Positions 54,234-64,000 of a stretch of 64,000 nt of DNA are shown here, one piece after another. The DNA is from Antedon mediterranea (taxonomy: Eukaryota > Animalia > Echinodermata). The stretch's first letter is position 1, and every line of letters begins with the position of its first letter. Location: positions 15,646,101 through 15,710,100 of the forward strand of contig NC_092677.1 in NCBI RefSeq assembly GCF_964355755.1, in the 5' to 3' direction. Below the pieces are notes generated by a model. It was not told where the DNA came from and did not search any database. It was given only the letters and a program-made list of their open reading frames with translations. Both the position numbers and the translations under genes were made by a program.

Positions 54234-56117
54234 CCGTATTTATTCGAATAAACGCCCTGGGCGTTTATTGTTCAGAAGAGTTTTGAGGGGACGTTTATTC
54301 GGGGGAGGCGTTTATTTTTGGTTATCCGCAACGAAGTTGCAGGATAACCTCTTGTGATTGTACGAAATCATTCTGTATGATTTTTGTGTAACGCTTTTCT
54401 CTAAAACTCGCAAACATAACATTTCGGTAACTATCTTAACATATTGACATTTACGTAACGTCGTCAAGCGAAGCTTTTCATGACGTTTACAATTGCGCAA
54501 CGTGACTTACGCGCGATTTAACGATTTTGTCGTATTTAACATAGCTCGACAACCAAATAACATTTCAACTTGAAACTTTGCAAAAGTTTAATTTATATCG
54601 TGCGCTAACTTTCTGTTGAAAAAAAATTCCGTGTTTTACACAAAGTTAGGCGCGCACGCGCATTTAAAATTTCAAAATGCGCAAAATTAATTTCTAATCA
54701 ACTTTCTACGCGTTTCATGTCGTTTTAAGCATGTCAAAAATTCCCACGCGTGCGCACATTTTTACGTGTGCGGTGCGCACGTAGCATTGAAAACGTATTT
54801 TTTTCGCGTGATTTATGTTTTTCCAGCCTTTTCTAGTAATTTTACAAAATGTTAAACAATTTCGACTTAAAGATACGTCATACGAGCACGTCGAATTGGA
54901 CAATTTGCGCGCGTTTCTTATGAAAAGGTTAAAAAATTCGTTTAAAATATGCCTTTTTTTAAACAGTCGTAATTTCTAAACTAGACGGTCAACTTTTTAT
55001 GGATGGCATATTCTGGAAGTAGATGAGTTGTAGATATCGGATCAGGTATTAATATGGCTAACCAGACATTGTGACGTCATCGTATGGCCACGCGAATATA
55101 AAATTTAGGATTTTTGTATCTTTCGTCATAGCTCATCACATTGAATAGAGCGCATCTCCACTTATCCGTTTTTCATTTTCACCCCGATTTTGATATTGTC
55201 TGGGTCAATCAACTATCTTTCGCATGAGTAAAAAATATTTTAATTTTTTTGACGTCATCATGCCTAAAAATTTAAATCACGTGTGGCATCAATTTCATCT
55301 TTACAGTAAATTTTAATCTGTTATAGCTCGTAAGAATAAAAAATGTGATAATCACGATTAAAACTTTTTCTGGAAGCTATTGGATTGTAGATACGACATT
55401 ATGTAAAAATGTTGCCAATCGGATGTTGTGACGTCATCATATGGCCAGTTAAATAAAAAAGGTCGTATTTTCATCTTTTGCGTCATAATTCATTACATTT
55501 AAAAGAGCGCGCATCAATATTTCACGTATTCAAATTTCTTCTACACGCTAATACGTTGTTGCTGAGATAATTTCCTTTCGGAATTGCTACCTTCGCGTTT
55601 CATTTTAAAACCGTCAACATGTTAAAAATTGCAATAAATAGCGGGTCCCGTAATTTCACCTATTCTACACTGTATGTGATATGGATACAGATTATACTGT
55701 GTATACTATATATGAATTTAAATAATGAAATTCAGCAATAACAACATATCATATTCTTCAGTTCAGGTCATAATGCCAACGTGAACACTTCCTTTTGTCC
55801 TCAACCTATCCCCTTAATGTTAATGTTGCACCACTTGCGCGGCGGATAACCAAACTCGTCAAAGTGACGAGTTACATGTCTAGTTTTTAATGTAATATGT
55901 TAACAACTGTAATAAAATAAACACCCCCTAGATATGACAAAATACAACACAATTAATATCTAGAAGTAATAAAATACAGTAAAAATGTTATCGAAATGCT
56001 TGATAAATTGTAGATCATGTCAATCAATGAATTCTACTACAGAAATGTGTAGTAATACAATACGGTAGGCCTATTGTGTATAATACATGTGGCGGGCGTT
56101 TATTCGAGGAAATACAT
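54234..56117. mobile_element. pogo/Tc1-type MITE (CCGTA termini) interrupted by a Helentron-like element
   Basis: TA|CCGTATTTATTCGAATAAACGCCC ... GGGCGTTTATTCGAGGAAATACat|TA, with GGCGTTTATT sub-repeats. Confidence 0.65.
54317..55885 (+). mobile_element. Helentron/Helitron2-type non-autonomous element (HINE/DINE-like)
   Basis: 13-bp subterminal IR TTTGGTTATCCGC (54317-54329) / GCGGATAACCAAA (55842-55854); 5' hairpin GGTTATCC-GCAAC-gaa-GTTGC-a-GGATAACC; 3' hairpin AACTCGTCA-aag-TGACGAGTT then CTAG and a T-run. Inserted in a T-run; internal TGACGTCATC-containing repeats about 180 bp apart. Confidence 0.75.
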
Positions 56118-56325
56118 TATTAATATTATTGTTAGGCCTACAGCATACCAGAGGGCAGAGAGTAATCTCACCCTTACCTATAAATAAAAGTATGAAAAAT
56201 AAAAAGAGAGGATGAAAAAGGATGACTTCTAGACATACCTATATTCTTTAATAAGCATAATCTAATACTACCGGCCGGTCCTCTTTCTCCATACCTCTCT
56301 ATTTATTGCTTCTTATTTTATAATG

Positions 56326-57450
56326 TAGGCCACTACATATGCTATTTCGTGTCATTTTTTTAAAGCAAAATTCCAGCTGATTTAGTGTCTTTAGGATGTA
56401 AAGTAATAAAAAAAATATGTTTCCATTTTTTTAAAACGCTTGAGGGTGTCAAATCTAAGATGGCCACCAATACGTAAAATATCCAATAAATGTACCATAT
56501 TGGGCAAAGTAACACCCATTATGAATAATATTTTAAGTTAAAGTTAATGCAATATGGGTTTTCTGCTATATAAGAGTTATAATAAACATATATTCATCAG
56601 TATTCGCCATTTTAATAAAAAAGGAATTAAATTTCTTATTAAAACATGTGCAAATTATGACGTTGACAAAATGGTGATTAACAAACAATTTTTGAATTTC
56701 AAAATTAGCGCGATTCCAACAAACTTGTTCAGAAACAAATCAGCAAAGCACTGCAATACCTCATTTTACCGCCAAATAGCCTACTGTACCGGCTGACTAT
56801 ATGTGATACGGCAAAGAATCTCTACAGGAGTCCTCTTTTACTGTGATACGTTTGTCACCTGTGTACTCGCCGTCATATATATTTTTTGCCAATATTCGTC
56901 CTTTTCTTAGGATCTCATATAGATAGTTTGCCCTTCACAAGACTTTTACTAATGCCTCAAACATTTTGTGTCCAATGGCATCATGCCATGGCCAACAAAC
57001 ACCTCTGTGAGAATTGCAGCATTCTTCATTAATCGGGATAGCATCTCTCTTTAAATGTTGGCTTTCCAACTCATCAACAAGATTTGCCAGCTCTGATTAT
57101 ATCGTTTATTTGTGTTATTCTAATGATACCACGCTCAATGACCTTTATAAATTAATGAAAATCCAGCAAGGCCCTTTGTCACACATACATGTCCTCTCAT
57201 AAACTCCAATTGGCAAATACAAGTTCAGTTTCAACAAAAGCACTGGCCTCAACACTATTTTCACAATGCTACATGTCTAAAAGCTGGTTCGAAATAAGAA
57301 TTGCTTCTTTATGTCATCTCTGTTCACCTCCACTCATCTCGGACAAAAGTCATCACCAGGCATTATCTTGTCTTTCCCTAATATAAACATGAGTTTTTAA
57401 ACCACAACCATGTAAACTCATCAAACCAGTGTATAATTGGTGGTCCATCT
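56326..57450 (-). pseudogene. Heavily degenerate DNA-transposon coding relic, possibly Academ-like
   Basis: Frameshifted minus-strand peptides LLSEMSGGE...KEA, ETELVFA, FKER/MLSRL and LLA..DAIGHKMFEAL resemble, from memory, the N-terminal region of large marine-invertebrate transposases. Many stops; boundaries are approximate. Confidence 0.3.
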
Positions 57451-57901
57451 GTAGGGTGTACTTATCTAATGAAATCGGTTGAGATTGTAGAAGATGAGAA
57501 GTGGGAGTTAATGCTGCCTATGAATCCCGCTATGAATCTTGTGAATGAGCTGTATCTTTATTTCCTTCAAGCTTCTGCCAAAAGATGACATGTCGAAAAC
57601 TTACCAACAATACTGGTGACTATGACCCTGATGGTTTAGACATTGAATTACATGGCAATAGGCCTACCGTATTTATTATTTTACATCATATTTATACAGG
57701 ATTTCACAATAAGGTATAAATACACTTGTTTTTTTTATTGTGGTCCTGTCTGAGATACAAAAAAAAAAAAAGTTTCAGTTTATGAAAAGAAATTAGATCT
57801 ATAATTTAGAATTAGAAGTAATTGTTGTTGAATATTTGATATCAATTAGTAAGTTGTTCCATACTTTCGCAACTTCAACTTTGAACGATTAGTTAATTTA
57901 A

Positions 57902-58448
57902 AGATGTATTGTCCCTTTGAGTAATTTAAAAAAAAAATTTTTTTTAATATTTCTAAGAAAAGTGGGTCATTTTGAAGTATTATGATAGTTATTAACTTTC
58001 ACCAAAAATTAGTCGAAAAAAAAATAATTTAACCGAAATACGGACGTTTTTTGGTTCAAAAAATAACTTTGACTTCCAGTCAAAGTTTTCGATCAAAACA
58101 TATTCATAATGCAACACGCTTATTTAGCTACTCTGTATGTATTATAATCATAAAACTTCCTCGCGATCTGTGTGAAAACACCTTCTCAACCGAGACGAGT
58201 TGTAAACAATCCTAATTAGCATCATGCATAATGCATACTCGTGGTTTGAAATCTTTGTTTACTTTCGCTTGTGAGATTTTCCAGATGAAATGTAATCAAA
58301 TTAATTTAACTGTTAATTACGTAAACTTGTTGCTTTTGCCTCGAATTTTCGACTTAAAGTGAATAACTTTAATATTACTTTGATATGGCCAATTTAAATT
58401 TAGAATATTTTGACTGTCATTCTTTGTGTTTCAAGGGACAATACATCT
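57902..58448. mobile_element. Intact Kolobok-type MITE (547 bp)
   Basis: TTAA|AGATGTATTGTCCCTT ... AAGGGACAATACATCT|TTAA; inverted homologue of 24-251 plus 2965-3287. Confidence 0.85.
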
Positions 58449-58830
58449 TTAAGAGTCATAGTGTGTTATTATATATCTATATTCCTCCAGCACTACCACA
58501 TATCAAAGGCTTAAATCTTGCGTATTTTTGTTAATGTCCATGCTTCATATTCATATAATAATTAATTATTGAGTTTATTTTGTACATTTGTAGTGAAAGA
58601 ATGTTTTACTATAATATATGCACATTACTTTGTTTCAAAAAAGCGTTTTCCAAATAAATCACTAGGTCAATGTGTAATTGTTTTGTATAGTTCTGTAAAG
58701 AGTTTTTTTAAAAAATTATTATGTTATAATTGTTATATGTTAAGGATTACTCATTTTTAGTATTTAACTGATTGTGGCTTCACATAAAGTTTCTTCATCC
58801 TTCTGTGGCATAATTTTACAGAGTAACGCA

Positions 58831-58975
58831 TTTCTATCTTGTGCGCACACTTTATACGCGCGCGCTTGTGCCAAGGTAACGATGGTCCCAAGAGGAACTG
58901 CATGACAACTAAACAAAACATAACTTGGATGAATTTTCAAGAGTGCACACGCAATCTACAAAGCTCAGTAAGTTT
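58831..58975 (+). repeat. Copy 1 of a duplicated block of about 145 bp (copy 2 at about 60685-60828) ending in a splice donor
   Basis: TCTTGTGCGCACA...GGTAACGAT...CATGACAACTAAACAAAACATAACTTGGATGAATTTTCAAGAGTGCACACG...CTCA|GTAAGTTT is present twice. Confidence 0.85.
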
Positions 58976-59264
58976 CTACTTATTGTTTTACTATAATAAT
59001 TATAAAGTATAAAAATAATAATTTAAATTTTAAAAACTTTAAATCGTTTAGATATGAATCAGTTTGAAGATTATAACCACCAAGATCCCTACTACTAACA
59101 AAGAATCAAAAACCAAAAAAATCAAAAATAGATTTTACAAGCAGTAATAACTAATATGGCCGGCCGAAGTTGAGTTCGCATTTTGAGCGAGATCCTGGAT
59201 TCCGGAAGACATCATCTGAACTTTCATTTTTGTTTGCTTCTGATTTTGGTTGAGATTTCTTCTA

Positions 59265-63659
<4,395 letters not shown>

Positions 63660-64000
63660 CTGAAATTATGATGGTATTATTTACTGGAATCTACAGAAGT
63701 TATGCAGTCTGGCAGAATACAGTAGACCAATAGCCATGTCTCGGGACCATTTCAATAGTCACCACCCGATAGACTTTCTACATCAAGGTTTCTATGAATG
63801 GGACGGGCCAAACCCAGTATCTTTTTTTAAAATTTCATGATCATTCGGGAAATTACCCCATGGCGGTCTGTCAAAACAGGGTGTCAAATAGGTATGAGAC
63901 AAAATCAAGAAGGATGAGCATGCAGTCAGTCTGTCAGAAAAGTAAGCATAGAGTAAGAATGAGGAAACAAACATGAGTCGTCCGTTTCATTTAAGCAAAG

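Overview
AT-rich, intron-containing eukaryotic DNA from an invertebrate, probably an echinoderm (inferred from gene content, TE types and TAGGCCTA/CTAG-rich promoter flanks). Six protein-coding genes could be spliced by hand with consistent GT-AG phases: the 5' part of a CD109/TEP-type thioester protein (-), TMEM276 (+), ZFTRAF1/CYHR1 (-), SSR1/TRAP-alpha (-), ATXN1 (-), and the 3' end of an EGF-repeat protein ending in an EMI-like module (-). Introns and intergenic DNA are full of non-autonomous elements: a Helitron family (4 units at 3 sites), two Helentron/DINE-like elements, TTAA-flanked Kolobok-type MITEs, Harbinger- and pogo-type MITEs, LINE fragments, a Penelope-type hammerhead relic and a palindromic 33-bp minisatellite. 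I found no clearly new multi-gene system. The best leads are the TMEM276-ZFTRAF1 adjacency (also neighbours in human, but convergent here), a composite Helitron whose empty site is in the same window, a C-terminal EMI-like domain, a duplicated antisense micro-exon and the minimal hammerhead motif. All family assignments come from recognising motifs by eye; no database search was run.
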